From assembly GCA_963669175.1 (NCBI GenBank), contig OY769902.1, positions 4,736,001 to 4,800,000 of the forward strand: DNA of 64,000 bases, written 5' to 3'. The position numbers and the translations under genes were made by a program. Positions 50,013 through 60,444 of this stretch are shown piece after piece. The DNA comes from a bacterium (lineage in GTDB: Bacteria > Electryoneota > Electryoneia > Electryoneales > Electryoneaceae). Below the pieces are notes generated by a model. The model had not been told where the DNA came from. It saw only the letters and a list, made by a program, of their open reading frames with translations, and did not search any database. Every line of letters begins with the position of its first letter. Positions within the stretch are counted from its first letter, which is position 1.

Positions 50013-51494
50013 TTACTCTTTGTCCAGCTTGCCAACCAGTGAAAGTTCGAAGGACGCACCCATGTACTTGAAGTGCGGTTGAACTTTCATCTCAACCTTG
50101 TACCAGCCGGGATCACCTTCAACATCGGACACGATGATCTGGGCCTTCCTCAGCGGGCGACGGCTGCGGACACCGGCGGACGGATTTTCCTGGTCCGCGA
50201 CATACTGCTTGATCCAGTTGTTCAGCTCGTCTTCCAGCTCGCCACGACCTTTCCAGGTACCGATGTTTTCACGCTGCAGTACCTTCATGTAATGAGCCAG
50301 GCGGCTGACGACAAAATTGTAGGGAAGCTGAGTTCCGAGCTTGTAATTCATCTCGGCCTGCTTGCCCTCTGCCGTGTTCCCGAAGGTCTTCGGCTTCTGT
50401 ACCGAGTTGGCTGAGAAGAATGCGGCATTGTCGCTGCCCTTACGCATGGTAAGCGCGATAAAGCCTTCTTCTGCCAGTTCGAATTCCTTACGGTCACTGA
50501 TAACGACTTCCGTAGGAATCTTGGTCTGCAATTCGCCCATGGCTTCGTAGTTGTACACCGGCAGATCGCCAACCGTACCACCGCCCTGCGGGCCGATGAT
50601 GTTCGAGCACATGCGGTATTGCGCAAAGCTGTCGGTCACGTTAGAAGCAAAGGCAAATGCAGCGTTGCCCCAGCAATAGTCCTTGCTGTCGGAAGCAGCG
50701 CCTTCAACGTAGTTAAAGGTCTTGCAGGCAACCATATCCGGACCGTAAGGCGTACGCAGCAGGAAATGCGGGACTGTCAGGCCCACATTGCGAGCGTCAG
50801 GATTGTCACGGAAGCCGCGCCACTTGGTGTACTGAGGACCTTCAAAGATTGAACTCAGATCCTTCAGGTTCGGCAGTTCATCGAAACTCTCAACGCCAAA
50901 CATCTGCGCGGATGTCGCTGCGATGAATGGCGCATGGGACATGGTCGCACAACTGGCGATGCTTTGCAGCGTGCGAATATCCTGTGCGCTTGGCCCGAAC
51001 TCATAATTGCCAACCATCATACCGTAAGGCTGGCCACCAAACTGGCCGAATTCCTGGGTATAAGCCAGCTTATACAGGCCGCTGGTGGTAATATCAGCAG
51101 CATCTTCAAAGTCATCAAACAAATCTTGCTTGGAAACATTCAGGATTTCGACCTTGATGTTTTCACGGAAATTGGTTCTGTCAACCAGGAATTTCAATGA
51201 ACGCCAGGAGCTTTCCAGCTTCTTGAAATCATCATTATGCAGAATGGCGTCCATCTGGCTGCTGAGCTTCTGGTCAACAGCGGCAATCATTTCATCGATA
51301 AACTGCGGCGAGACGGTCACTTCGGCGCGGGTCGGTTTGAGAAGCTCATCGATAAAAGCCTGCACACCCCGTTTGGTTAAGGCGTAACCTTCATCAGACG
51401 GAGTCATTTTGGTCTGTTCAAGAATCTGATCGAGGAGGGTCCCCTCCTGCCCGGTCTGTTCTTGTTGCTGTTGTTCTTGCTGTTCTTCCGCCAT
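50013..51494 (-). CDS. tssC: T6SS contractile sheath large subunit TssC (VipB)
   Basis: LESSWRSL, EFGQFGGQPY, WGNAAF, QPHFKYMGASFELSLVGKLD. Confidence 0.97.
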   Translation of the reverse strand: MAEEQQEQQQQEQTGQEGTLLDQILEQTKMTPSDEGYALTKRGVQAFIDELLKPTRAEVTVSPQFIDEMIAAVDQKLSSQMDAILHNDDFKKLESSWRSLKFLVDRTNFRENIKVEILNVSKQDLFDDFEDAADITTSGLYKLAYTQEFGQFGGQPYGMMVGNYEFGPSAQDIRTLQSIASCATMSHAPFIAATSAQMFGVESFDELPNLKDLSSIFEGPQYTKWRGFRDNPDARNVGLTVPHFLLRTPYGPDMVACKTFNYVEGAASDSKDYCWGNAAFAFASNVTDSFAQYRMCSNIIGPQGGGTVGDLPVYNYEAMGELQTKIPTEVVISDRKEFELAEEGFIALTMRKGSDNAAFFSANSVQKPKTFGNTAEGKQAEMNYKLGTQLPYNFVVSRLAHYMKVLQRENIGTWKGRGELEDELNNWIKQYVADQENPSAGVRSRRPLRKAQIIVSDVEGDPGWYKVEMKVQPHFKYMGASFELSLVGKLDKE

Positions 51495-51505
51495 CGGTGT
51501 TCTCC

Positions 51506-52003
51506 CTATTCTCCGCCAATACCGAGTTCTTTCATCAGACGGTCGCGAGTACCATCATCCTGCACCAGTTCCTGGATCTTCTTTTTAAACGCCGGGACAT
51601 TACCCAACGGTCCCTTCAACGCCTTGAGCGCCTCACGAAGCTCGAGCATTGACTTCAGTTCAGGAACCTTCTTGATAATTTCATCGGGTTCAAAGTCACG
51701 CATGGATTTAAAATCCAGGTTGACCGAGAGCTGGGCGCCTTCTTCCGGGTTGTCTGAAAGCCGGTCTGCGACAGAGCCTTCAAACGTAACATTCTGGGCG
51801 GCAAGAACGTCGTTGAAGTTGTTTTTATCGACATTGATCGTCTTGCGATCTTCAACAGGCGTGTCATCTTCCCGGCTTGTAAAATCTCCCATCACCAGCA
51901 CCTTCAGGGGAAGTTCCACCTCTTCCTTGGCGTCGCCGGTTGCCGGGCGGTAGGTGATATTAACCCTTTCCTTCGGCGCTACCGACCCTGTTTTGTCCGC
52001 CAT
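51506..52003 (-). CDS. tssB: T6SS contractile sheath small subunit TssB (VipA)
   Basis: SVAPKERVNITY, ELPLKVLVMGDF, KGPLGNVPAF; start MADKTG after RBS aaggagg. Confidence 0.97.
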   Translation of the reverse strand: MADKTGSVAPKERVNITYRPATGDAKEEVELPLKVLVMGDFTSREDDTPVEDRKTINVDKNNFNDVLAAQNVTFEGSVADRLSDNPEEGAQLSVNLDFKSMRDFEPDEIIKKVPELKSMLELREALKALKGPLGNVPAFKKKIQELVQDDGTRDRLMKELGIGGE

Positions 52004-52199
52004 CTTCGCCTCCTTGTCGTGAACTTTATCGTGTACAATTTTTGGTTGACCTAAACCGGGGCTGAGCAATATTGCCCCATATCCCCGGGAAGTCAATTAT
52101 CTCGCACGAAAAATCGTAAGCTCTCGGTTGGTATGGGATTTAGATCTCTTGGAGAAAAGCCGAAAATCCCAAATGCTCCCACATATTTCTGCACAGTGA

Positions 52200-53804
52200 C
52201 TACAATAACCCCAGCGCTCTCGCCGGATCAATTGCGGCAATCCGGTTTACAAGGCTTTCAATCCGAGCCAGAATCTCCTGAGCAGATGGTGTTTCCGGAT
52301 CAGTATCTTCGCCGATCTGCTTGCGCAAGCCTCGAAGCGCCAGTTCCAGCGAATCCGCCGCCAGTCCCGGCTCCCATTTTTCCACCTGGCTATCATCCAG
52401 CAAGTGCAAAACCTGATCGATATAGGGAATCATCAGACGAAAAGACCCAGACTTCAGCAGAAGCTTGCACATGGCATTGTTCCAGATCAAACGGTCCCGT
52501 CCGGAAGCAGCTTTATCAAGGCCAACTTTTACCAGTTTCAACGCATCCGCCGTTTTATTCTCCTTCAGTAGATCATACGCTTTTTTCAGAATATCCTCAA
52601 CTTCTTTCTCTATCGCGCTGCCACTTCCACCTTCTCCCGTTCCACCACCGGAAGCTTTTATCAGTTCCGCCAGCCATGCCCTGGTGTCCTCGTCAGCGAA
52701 AGCCATGCCATCGGAGAATCCCAAGTTTTCTATACCGGACAGACGCTTCACATAGGCGAGGGTTTCTTCACATACCACATCACTCGCTGCAGACAGTCCC
52801 AGTCCGTTTAACGCCTCAGCAACATAGCGGTTCAAATCCAGCCAGAAGAGGAACTCGGGGATACGTGATTCCGCCGCCTCAATCAGATCACGCCAATCCT
52901 GGTTGTTGTACAGGTTTCGGATTGCGCCAACCACCTGTTCATCCGGCGGCGGGATCATGGTTTGCATGCCTTCAGCCGGAGGCGGTGTGTTTACGGTCAT
53001 CCACGCAGCAAAACGATTTACACGGTATAACAGCGGATTGTCCAAACCTTCTTGCATCATTGCGTTTGATGCATGGCTCAGCAGGGTAATCGCATGTTGC
53101 AGGATTTGATCGCCACTCAAATCAGATGTATTCACAGGTGATGGCGGTAATGATCCTGACAGGGAAGGCTTCGGAGACGGCGCCTTTTTCGCTGATTCAG
53201 GCTTCTTTTCCGATTCCTTTGGCGCTTCTGCCGCCGGTTCATGATCAGCTTCGGGTTCAGGTTGTGCTTCTTCGGAAATTATAGTCCCGACCTGGTTGAT
53301 CAGGGATCGAAGGATAGGCGCATCATCCAGATTATCACCGAGGAAGCTGTCAAAGGTTGTCAGGTCATCCATCAAAACAGAGCGTTTGTCACTGGGCCAT
53401 ACAACCGGTTCCCAGCTTGCCACCATCGCCTCTGTTTTGTCCTTCCACCAGTTCACACTGTTCAAGCGTGCCTTGGCGCGCTTCTTCGGCGGGTACATGG
53501 TATCCCAATAAGTCTCCACGATATCACGAAGGATGTGGATGCCATCCGGGAAACCTTCCATGGATTTGGTTTCCAGCAACGCATGGGCAACATAAACCGC
53601 AACCTGGAAGTTCTTCGATTTCTCGCTTAATATGGTCTGACCAACCTTCAGAACCTTATCCCAATCGGTTGTCCCTTCCGCATTCAGGTTGGTCAGTTTG
53701 CCAATTTCTTCCTCAATTTCCTCCATTTCGGGCTCAAACTTGATATCCTCACCGACAGGATTGTCACCCGGAATCGGTTCTTTGCCTAAATCCCTGATAT
53801 CCAT
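52200..53804 (-). CDS. tssA: T6SS protein TssA (ImpA_N plus VasJ-type region)
   Basis: PIPGDNPVGEDIK, SKNFQVA, YWDTMYP, FWLDLNR. Confidence 0.92.
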   Translation of the reverse strand: MDIRDLGKEPIPGDNPVGEDIKFEPEMEEIEEEIGKLTNLNAEGTTDWDKVLKVGQTILSEKSKNFQVAVYVAHALLETKSMEGFPDGIHILRDIVETYWDTMYPPKKRAKARLNSVNWWKDKTEAMVASWEPVVWPSDKRSVLMDDLTTFDSFLGDNLDDAPILRSLINQVGTIISEEAQPEPEADHEPAAEAPKESEKKPESAKKAPSPKPSLSGSLPPSPVNTSDLSGDQILQHAITLLSHASNAMMQEGLDNPLLYRVNRFAAWMTVNTPPPAEGMQTMIPPPDEQVVGAIRNLYNNQDWRDLIEAAESRIPEFLFWLDLNRYVAEALNGLGLSAASDVVCEETLAYVKRLSGIENLGFSDGMAFADEDTRAWLAELIKASGGGTGEGGSGSAIEKEVEDILKKAYDLLKENKTADALKLVKVGLDKAASGRDRLIWNNAMCKLLLKSGSFRLMIPYIDQVLHLLDDSQVEKWEPGLAADSLELALRGLRKQIGEDTDPETPSAQEILARIESLVNRIAAIDPARALGLL

Positions 53805-53886
53805 GAAATACTCCGTTAGCCCGCAAAACCTCTACTTCACAACCTGCTGTACCATCCCTTCAGTGTGGGATTTTATTTGAACGAAA

Positions 53887-54603
53887 TCAACCAAACAATA
53901 CTTTGAAATCCGTAACCCGTAGTGGCCGGTACAACATGACCATCCGTTCATGCTGTTCATCAATAAAAACCGCATAAGGGTGTATAGTCATAAGTTGACG
54001 GCACCGGCGTTGCCAGACAATTGCCTGACGTACTACGGATTCGCCGGGCTGGTCCAGCTTAATGACAACCTGTTCAGAATTGATTGATCGTTCCAGCTCG
54101 AGTCGCCAGGACTCGGCCGAGTGTTCTACACTCTGGAAACTGTCCCAGTCATCGGAAACGGATTCAGGGGGAGGCAGCTCTGTCACAGCCTGGGATAATT
54201 CTTCAACATTGGAAATATATTTTCCTTGCGCAACCTCATGTAACGCATTCCATGGTTCTCGACAGGCTGTATTTAACGCTTCCCAGTTCTTTTCATCGAT
54301 TTCAAGTTGCCCCTGCGCAGCAATAATCAGGGGATAACGACGGTCCACATGATCACGTCCAATGCCGACAACCCCACAAATCAACCGATTCGCAGCTCCC
54401 GGCATCAGCCAGAAAGACAACATGGAATCCTTCACATGGTAATCGCTATGCACCAACTGCTGATACCCCGCTCGCGCCCAATCAATGAGCGGCTCGTTTT
54501 CATAGAGCTTCTTCCCCAGGGAAATGTATTCCGTGCTGCAGGGATGTTTACCCCAGAGAATATAATGCCAGTCTTTACTCATGGGTTCCGTACTTTTCGA
54601 CAA
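53887..54603 (-). CDS. tagF: T6SS-associated protein TagF-like
   Basis: WGKHP, RDHVDRRYPL motifs; directly after tssM. Confidence 0.8.
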   Translation of the reverse strand: MSKSTEPMSKDWHYILWGKHPCSTEYISLGKKLYENEPLIDWARAGYQQLVHSDYHVKDSMLSFWLMPGAANRLICGVVGIGRDHVDRRYPLIIAAQGQLEIDEKNWEALNTACREPWNALHEVAQGKYISNVEELSQAVTELPPPESVSDDWDSFQSVEHSAESWRLELERSINSEQVVIKLDQPGESVVRQAIVWQRRCRQLMTIHPYAVFIDEQHERMVMLYRPLRVTDFKVLFG

Positions 54604-57600
54604 TTGTTAAGGGCACCCCGGTCGGCACCATGTTCAACACGGCAATCGCGTTATCCGCATCGGTGATTTTATAGGACACCTTTATCCAGTCAATTTTCAT
54701 ATCCGCCAACGGCTGCCGTTGCCCCGGCGGGAAATCGTCAACCGTGAAGGCACGGCTGCCTGTCTTGAAATCATCCAGGAAACGAGCAAAAGCAAACTTG
54801 CCGGTATACCGTTTGGTGAAGCTGACTCCGGGCAGTTCTATGGTCAGAATTACGTCCCCACACTTGTCCGGCTTCCAGGTGAATGTCGATTGCTGCGGGT
54901 AGTTGTAATTGTCCAGCCGCATATCGCCATCACGTGAACTGAGTACGATACTGTTTGAAACCGGCTCACTGGTTGCGCCCTTGTTTACCTGTAACGGCAC
55001 AGTCTCAAGGGTCACCTGGTATTCTTCCTCATAGTTGATTGTACCGACACGGCCATTGTTGAGGAATGTAAACAACTCGTCTTTGAACGGGATCTTGTAG
55101 CTTAACGCTTCGGCAGCGTAATACCCCGACTGATTCCTTCCGATGAACGGTCCGGCGGTCGTATTGACGAAGTTCCAGACCACACCGGAGTTGGGATCAA
55201 ACAGGATTGTCGCCAGTTTGTCCGGGTCAACACCCTGCGTCGCGCTGACAACCTGTGATGTCCACTGCTCCTGAAGAAGTTTGGTCGTTACACCAAATCC
55301 ATAATCAAGCAGGTAGCTCAAGGGGCCTTCGGTCAAATCCCAGACAAATTGCTGATCCCCGAAATTTCGGGCCAGGCTTTTGTATTTGAAAAACTCTGAA
55401 TAGGCTGTCTCAAATGCCTGTCCACTGCTGCCGCCATCACCTCCTGCCGCTCCCTGGCCCCCCTGCTTGTCATCGCCACCCTGGCTGATGGCAGGATATG
55501 CCTGTGATACCATCTTGAAGCAGCTTTCATTCGAGGTAATCAATGGATTGAGCTTGGCCAGGGCATCCAGGTAATCACCCCAGGCCTTGGCTGCTTCAAT
55601 CTCCAGCTCAAGCTGCTGGAAGCCCTTTTCATTGGTCTTTTCCAGCGTTTCCAACTGGGTTGATTGGGTCTTCTCCTGCAATTTCCCCTGCAGATTGGCG
55701 CTTTCGATCATCTTCTGTTTTTTCCACTGATCTTCGATCTTCTGAATTTCGATAACCAGATCAGCCCAGGGCGGAAGTTGAATCGATTTCGGAAACGCGG
55801 TGAACTCATCGTGCATGCGTTGGATCAGGCGTGTGTAGGGGTTCTGCTGTGTAACCATCATTGTCGCAAGATGCTGATGCTCGGTATAGCTGGTTGTGGC
55901 GGGCGATCCCTCATCAAATCGCACCACGAACTGTTCCCAATATTCGAAAGTTCTCCGGTTATACCAGCTCCAGAAATCATCACGTTTTCTGCCGAACGCC
56001 GCGGTGTCTTCCAACGCGCCCTGTACAAGCTTGATAAAGTCAAAGATGTTCTGATACCCTTGAGCGGTAAACCCTCCGGGGACAACCGGGATGGCGTTCT
56101 GCGCGTTGGCCCGCGCTTGCACCGCTTCATCTCCCCAGAACTTGTTCAGCGTTACTGACGGTATATCATGGACCCAATTGTCCGCCAACCAGTCCAGATT
56201 TTCGCTTTCCTCGTTGAGAATCATGCCGATTTGGTATTGCAGCTTGTCGTATTTCCCCTTGAGAACCGTCTCCTCATTCTGCCATTGCAGGTACGCGACA
56301 TAGGCATCGCCAAACAGGTACGCATTCTCAGGATGAACATGGTTTTCCTGGATCAGCAGCTTGGCGGCAATCTTCTGGAATTTGTCCTCGAGAACCGGTG
56401 TCTTATGATGCAGACGATCCCGCAGCAGCATAATTCGCACAATCGAAAATGCGACATAGTTGGCTTCGAACTGCGACGTGACCCCATCCCCGTACTCGTC
56501 CGACAAATGCGCATCAAACTTACGATCCAGCGCTTGCATGAAATGTTCTTCAAACAGGTCCGAGTAGTTCAGTTTAAGCCTTTCCTCCACCCCTTTACTC
56601 TGGGTTAATCCGAAACGGGGAAGAATCCAGCCTGAATTGGCGCCGTGAATCCGTTCGATTTCAGTCCTGAAGTGATCAAACAGAAGCAGGTTGGCATTGA
56701 TATCCTCGGACAAATCCTTTGGATCAAAATACGATGCGCCAAACTGGTGAATTCGTACATTCATCAGGAAAGAATAGGTCAACAATCCGGACAGGCAGAC
56801 CCAGATTAAAACCCAGCTCAACAGCTTGAGATTGCCGGTAATGCGCTTCCAGGTTACATACTCCCTGATCGGTGTAAACAGGTATCGGTCAGCGGGTAAG
56901 ACGCTGCGGAATATTTCAACCAGGAACCTGCCAGATTCGGCGGTACGTTGTTGCGGTTGCGGAGCGCCAAAAGTCTCAGAATAAGCTTCAATCGGCTCAC
57001 CGCTTTCACGTCCATAGGAAAGATACATCCCACGCAGCATGGGCGCTTCCTGGTACAGGTTATCCTCAAAAGCCGCCTTCATGAAGAGACTCAGATGCGG
57101 GAATAACCCCTCCAGACGTACCGGGAAAAGATGCACTTCAGGCCGAACATTCTGCTCTTTGTGTACAATGGTCAAGCGCAGATCGCGAATGTTTTTCCCG
57201 ATAACCGCAGCGCCCTGGTTAAAGATGTTTTCCCAGTGGTCTTCCAGGTGTTCATGGGTATACCCCATCGCCTGGGAAAGCAGATCGTTTGGAAGGACAT
57301 CACTGAATTGAGTCATGCCCAGGATGCGGTCCATCTTCGTAACAAGCACATATACCGGGAACCTGTTCCCGAGTACTTTCATTACCTGTTCAATGCGTTT
57401 CCGTGCCGCCAGCGCTTCGTTGCGAATCGCCTTTTCATCGCCTTCCATCAGCTTGTCAGCGGCAACAGTTACGACAATCCCGTTGATCGGTTCCTTCTTC
57501 CGGTATTTCGCCAGCAGGACAAGGAAGTTTTCCCATTCTTCACGGTCACGTATGTCATCAACATGCACGGTATATCTACCAGCAGTATCGATGACCACGG

Positions 57601-58093
57601 CTTCCTCGAAGAACCACCAGTCGCAGTTACGTGTCCCGCTGAGCCCGGACAAATGGCCGATTTCAGTCAGGGGCGCAGCGATGTCGATATTCTTCAGCGC
57701 AGTGGTTTTACCGGAACCGGATTCCCCGATAACCAGGTACCAGGGCAGCGCATAGAGAGGATTGCCATGCTTGCGTAAATCGGACTGTTGCAGGGCATCA
57801 ACCGCTTCTTTCCACTTGGCCTGCAATTCACGCAACTTCTGGCGTTCATGCAACGGCGCGCCCTGTATGGCAGCTTCATCCTGTTCAATGACACGTTTGA
57901 CAAATTCACGTTCACGTCTTCGGAAAATCAGACGTTTCAGATACCAGATGCCAAACACAACCGCCAGCGCCCCCAGCAGGATGACAACACCCACCCACCA
58001 GTGCCAGTGCTTCCACCAGATACCGTACACGATCAGCCCAATTACCGCGAGGGCATACAGTACGATCAGCAGTATGGTGAAAAACTTTTTCAT
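54575..58093 (-). CDS. tssM: T6SS membrane subunit TssM/IcmF
   Basis: N-terminal TMs, LYALPWYLVIGESGSGKTT, CDWWF, IDTAGRY, PVYVLVTKMD. Confidence 0.96.
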   Translation of the reverse strand: MKKFFTILLIVLYALAVIGLIVYGIWWKHWHWWVGVVILLGALAVVFGIWYLKRLIFRRREREFVKRVIEQDEAAIQGAPLHERQKLRELQAKWKEAVDALQQSDLRKHGNPLYALPWYLVIGESGSGKTTALKNIDIAAPLTEIGHLSGLSGTRNCDWWFFEEAVVIDTAGRYTVHVDDIRDREEWENFLVLLAKYRKKEPINGIVVTVAADKLMEGDEKAIRNEALAARKRIEQVMKVLGNRFPVYVLVTKMDRILGMTQFSDVLPNDLLSQAMGYTHEHLEDHWENIFNQGAAVIGKNIRDLRLTIVHKEQNVRPEVHLFPVRLEGLFPHLSLFMKAAFEDNLYQEAPMLRGMYLSYGRESGEPIEAYSETFGAPQPQQRTAESGRFLVEIFRSVLPADRYLFTPIREYVTWKRITGNLKLLSWVLIWVCLSGLLTYSFLMNVRIHQFGASYFDPKDLSEDINANLLLFDHFRTEIERIHGANSGWILPRFGLTQSKGVEERLKLNYSDLFEEHFMQALDRKFDAHLSDEYGDGVTSQFEANYVAFSIVRIMLLRDRLHHKTPVLEDKFQKIAAKLLIQENHVHPENAYLFGDAYVAYLQWQNEETVLKGKYDKLQYQIGMILNEESENLDWLADNWVHDIPSVTLNKFWGDEAVQARANAQNAIPVVPGGFTAQGYQNIFDFIKLVQGALEDTAAFGRKRDDFWSWYNRRTFEYWEQFVVRFDEGSPATTSYTEHQHLATMMVTQQNPYTRLIQRMHDEFTAFPKSIQLPPWADLVIEIQKIEDQWKKQKMIESANLQGKLQEKTQSTQLETLEKTNEKGFQQLELEIEAAKAWGDYLDALAKLNPLITSNESCFKMVSQAYPAISQGGDDKQGGQGAAGGDGGSSGQAFETAYSEFFKYKSLARNFGDQQFVWDLTEGPLSYLLDYGFGVTTKLLQEQWTSQVVSATQGVDPDKLATILFDPNSGVVWNFVNTTAGPFIGRNQSGYYAAEALSYKIPFKDELFTFLNNGRVGTINYEEEYQVTLETVPLQVNKGATSEPVSNSIVLSSRDGDMRLDNYNYPQQSTFTWKPDKCGDVILTIELPGVSFTKRYTGKFAFARFLDDFKTGSRAFTVDDFPPGQRQPLADMKIDWIKVSYKITDADNAIAVLNMVPTGVPLTIVEKYGTHE

Positions 58094-58115
58094 GTGACGG
58101 TTGTTTTACGCCTTT

Positions 58116-58772
58116 TTAACCACTGAACAGGTTATCGATCAAGGTTCGCAAAATGTTGAAGTATAACAGGTACAACCCGGCGAAAATCCCAACCGGAACC
58201 ACCATGGTTACCAGGGTGAAGAATGACAGCCTGTGTTTCCGCCGTGTCGGTGCATTATCCACACCGGCATACGCTTCCGGGAACAAGCGTCCCGGATAAT
58301 CCACATTGGCTTCGCCGGTGATGTAGCGAAGGTTTTCGGCTGAAATACCCAGACGGTCGTTTTCATCTTCACGACGGTAGTATTTTCCACGAAACCCAAG
58401 CGCCAGGCAGTATTCATAGACTTCGCGCAGCTCACGTGCATCCTGATGAAGATGATGCAATCGTTCGTAGAACTCACGCCCCGCGTTGCTGGTATGAAAC
58501 ATGCTGCGCTGAAGCGAGTTCCGTTGCCATGCGCGTGACCCGGCCCATGAGCTGTTGATCAAAGATTCGTCAATCCAGGAAATCACAGCGAAGGTTGCAT
58601 GGTTGATGTTCTCCGGGGATACTCCAGCTCGATCGCAACCATCTTTCGCCTGTTCCAGCAGCACATCGATCGCCGCGCGCACAGACTCGCCGTCCAGCTC
58701 CGGCTTGCTCCTGTTTCGCAATACGTAAACGGTGTAGGCGAAAACTTTCGCGTAATGATCGATGATGCGCAT
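58116..58772 (-). CDS. tssL: T6SS membrane subunit TssL/DotU
   Basis: WIDE, LQ..F.T.NAGREFY, CLALGFRGKY, C-terminal TM. Confidence 0.94.
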   Translation of the reverse strand: MRIIDHYAKVFAYTVYVLRNRSKPELDGESVRAAIDVLLEQAKDGCDRAGVSPENINHATFAVISWIDESLINSSWAGSRAWQRNSLQRSMFHTSNAGREFYERLHHLHQDARELREVYEYCLALGFRGKYYRREDENDRLGISAENLRYITGEANVDYPGRLFPEAYAGVDNAPTRRKHRLSFFTLVTMVVPVGIFAGLYLLYFNILRTLIDNLFSG

Positions 58773-58785
58773 CGTTGCTCTGTAG

Positions 58786-59055
58786 TAAAAAGTATACAGT
58801 GAAAAAAGTAAAAAAAGTGAAAAAAGAATGATTGTGTATGAAAGTCTACAAGTTTGAAAGTTACAAAGTTGTAAAGTTGTAAAGTTCTAAAGTTCTAAAG
58901 CTCTAAAGCTCTAAAGCTCTATAGTTCTAAAGTTATTCAATAACACAATCTTAATCGAATTCAAATACAAACAACAGTAATCAAATCTCTTTTTTAATTC
59001 TTAATTCTACTTATCAATTCCTAATTCCTAATTCCTAATTATTAATTCCTAATTA
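58786..59055. repeat. Stacked 9-bp (aaaaagtga, aaagttcta) and 7-bp (taattcc) tandem repeats between tssK and tssL
   Basis: Directly visible periodic AT-rich tract of about 270 bp. Confidence 0.85.
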
Positions 59056-60444
59056 CAGTTTAAGCACCACCAGTTCCGCCTTGGCGTCTTCCGGCGCCTG
59101 GTCCCAGAACATGGCGATGTTCTGGCGTTGACGGATTTCTGTCCACTCCTCATGCCGTGTGTTCAGCTTGAAATAGAAGGCATCATCTCGCTTGGGCAAT
59201 CCCGGCGGCGGCACCACGCTGTAATCCACGGATACCCCCGGAAGCGCACGACTGACCAGTACAGGCGTCTGCTGCTTGCTGCTGATTTTGGTCGCGGTGG
59301 ACATCTGGTCAATCAACTCGTCCTTGACCATATCCGCTATGATCACCAGGTAGAACTCGTTGTCCGGCCCCATCATGTCAACTGGGATATCACCGCTGAA
59401 GGTATCTTCCTCACGTGTCAACTTGATCACATTATCCGGGCCGATCAGGATCGCACGCATCAGCTCCTGCACCAGAACCTGGCATTCATGGAAGCAATAA
59501 CCGAGGTTTTCATGGTCATAAGCCGGAACCAGGTCCTTCCCATTGGCAAGTCTGCCGAACACATCCACACGGTCCGTAAAGGAACTGATCTCACCGATTA
59601 GCTGGCGAAGCAAACCATAAACCTGCCAGGGATGAATCAGGGGAGTTTCTGTCAAATGGTGCAGCAGGGGGATATACTTGTTCAATGATGTCAGCACCAT
59701 CATGTAGATCATAAAGTTGTGATCATATACCGCCTTACGTGTATTGATCGGGCTCTTATACTGTTCGAGCTGATGCCCGCGAGTGGCGACCTGTTCACGA
59801 ATATTCTTCACGATCTGCAACAGGATTTCGCTGCCATTGAGGAAAATGGTTGGCGGCACAAAATCTTCTGCCAGGGTGACATCATCGCCATCGAAAACAA
59901 TCTTTGCAACCGGCAGCAGCTCCCATTCGGACAATTCAGCGATCTCATCTTCCCAGAAAATGCGCAGGTTATACATCATGCGACGCATCTGGGCGATGGA
60001 ACCATGCTCGAAGATGTCTCGCACATCCTCCGGATCGGGATCATAGGTCCAGCGAGTTGTAATTTCCCCGCTGTTCTGTGAACTCTTCAGTTCGGTGATA
60101 TTATTCTCGGTCTGCTTTTGCCGTGCGATCCCGAGATACGCCTTCAGTGGTTTGCCTTCCTTGTATTCCTTGTCGGCGAAGGAACGTGGCTGCACACGTG
60201 TGTTATCGGGAACAGCCACCCAGGTGCCATCACGAAATAAAAACTCCCCGTTCTCGATTTCCAGCATTTCATTCTTCAGGGCAGCTTCATGAACCGTAAT
60301 GTTCAGCACTCCCCAGAAGTACGGTTCCCGCATGGCAACCATTCGCTTGAAAACACCGTGTGAACGCATTTCCATCTGCTGGAAATGTTGAGGTTGCAGG
60401 AACAATCCCTGGTGCCAGTAAATCGGCTTGACAGCTCTGTTCAT
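59053..60444 (-). CDS. tssK: T6SS baseplate subunit TssK
   Basis: WHQGLFLQPQHFQQ, HPWQVY, YDHENL, RALPGV. Confidence 0.96.
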   Translation of the reverse strand: MNRAVKPIYWHQGLFLQPQHFQQMEMRSHGVFKRMVAMREPYFWGVLNITVHEAALKNEMLEIENGEFLFRDGTWVAVPDNTRVQPRSFADKEYKEGKPLKAYLGIARQKQTENNITELKSSQNSGEITTRWTYDPDPEDVRDIFEHGSIAQMRRMMYNLRIFWEDEIAELSEWELLPVAKIVFDGDDVTLAEDFVPPTIFLNGSEILLQIVKNIREQVATRGHQLEQYKSPINTRKAVYDHNFMIYMMVLTSLNKYIPLLHHLTETPLIHPWQVYGLLRQLIGEISSFTDRVDVFGRLANGKDLVPAYDHENLGYCFHECQVLVQELMRAILIGPDNVIKLTREEDTFSGDIPVDMMGPDNEFYLVIIADMVKDELIDQMSTATKISSKQQTPVLVSRALPGVSVDYSVVPPPGLPKRDDAFYFKLNTRHEEWTEIRQRQNIAMFWDQAPEDAKAELVVLKL

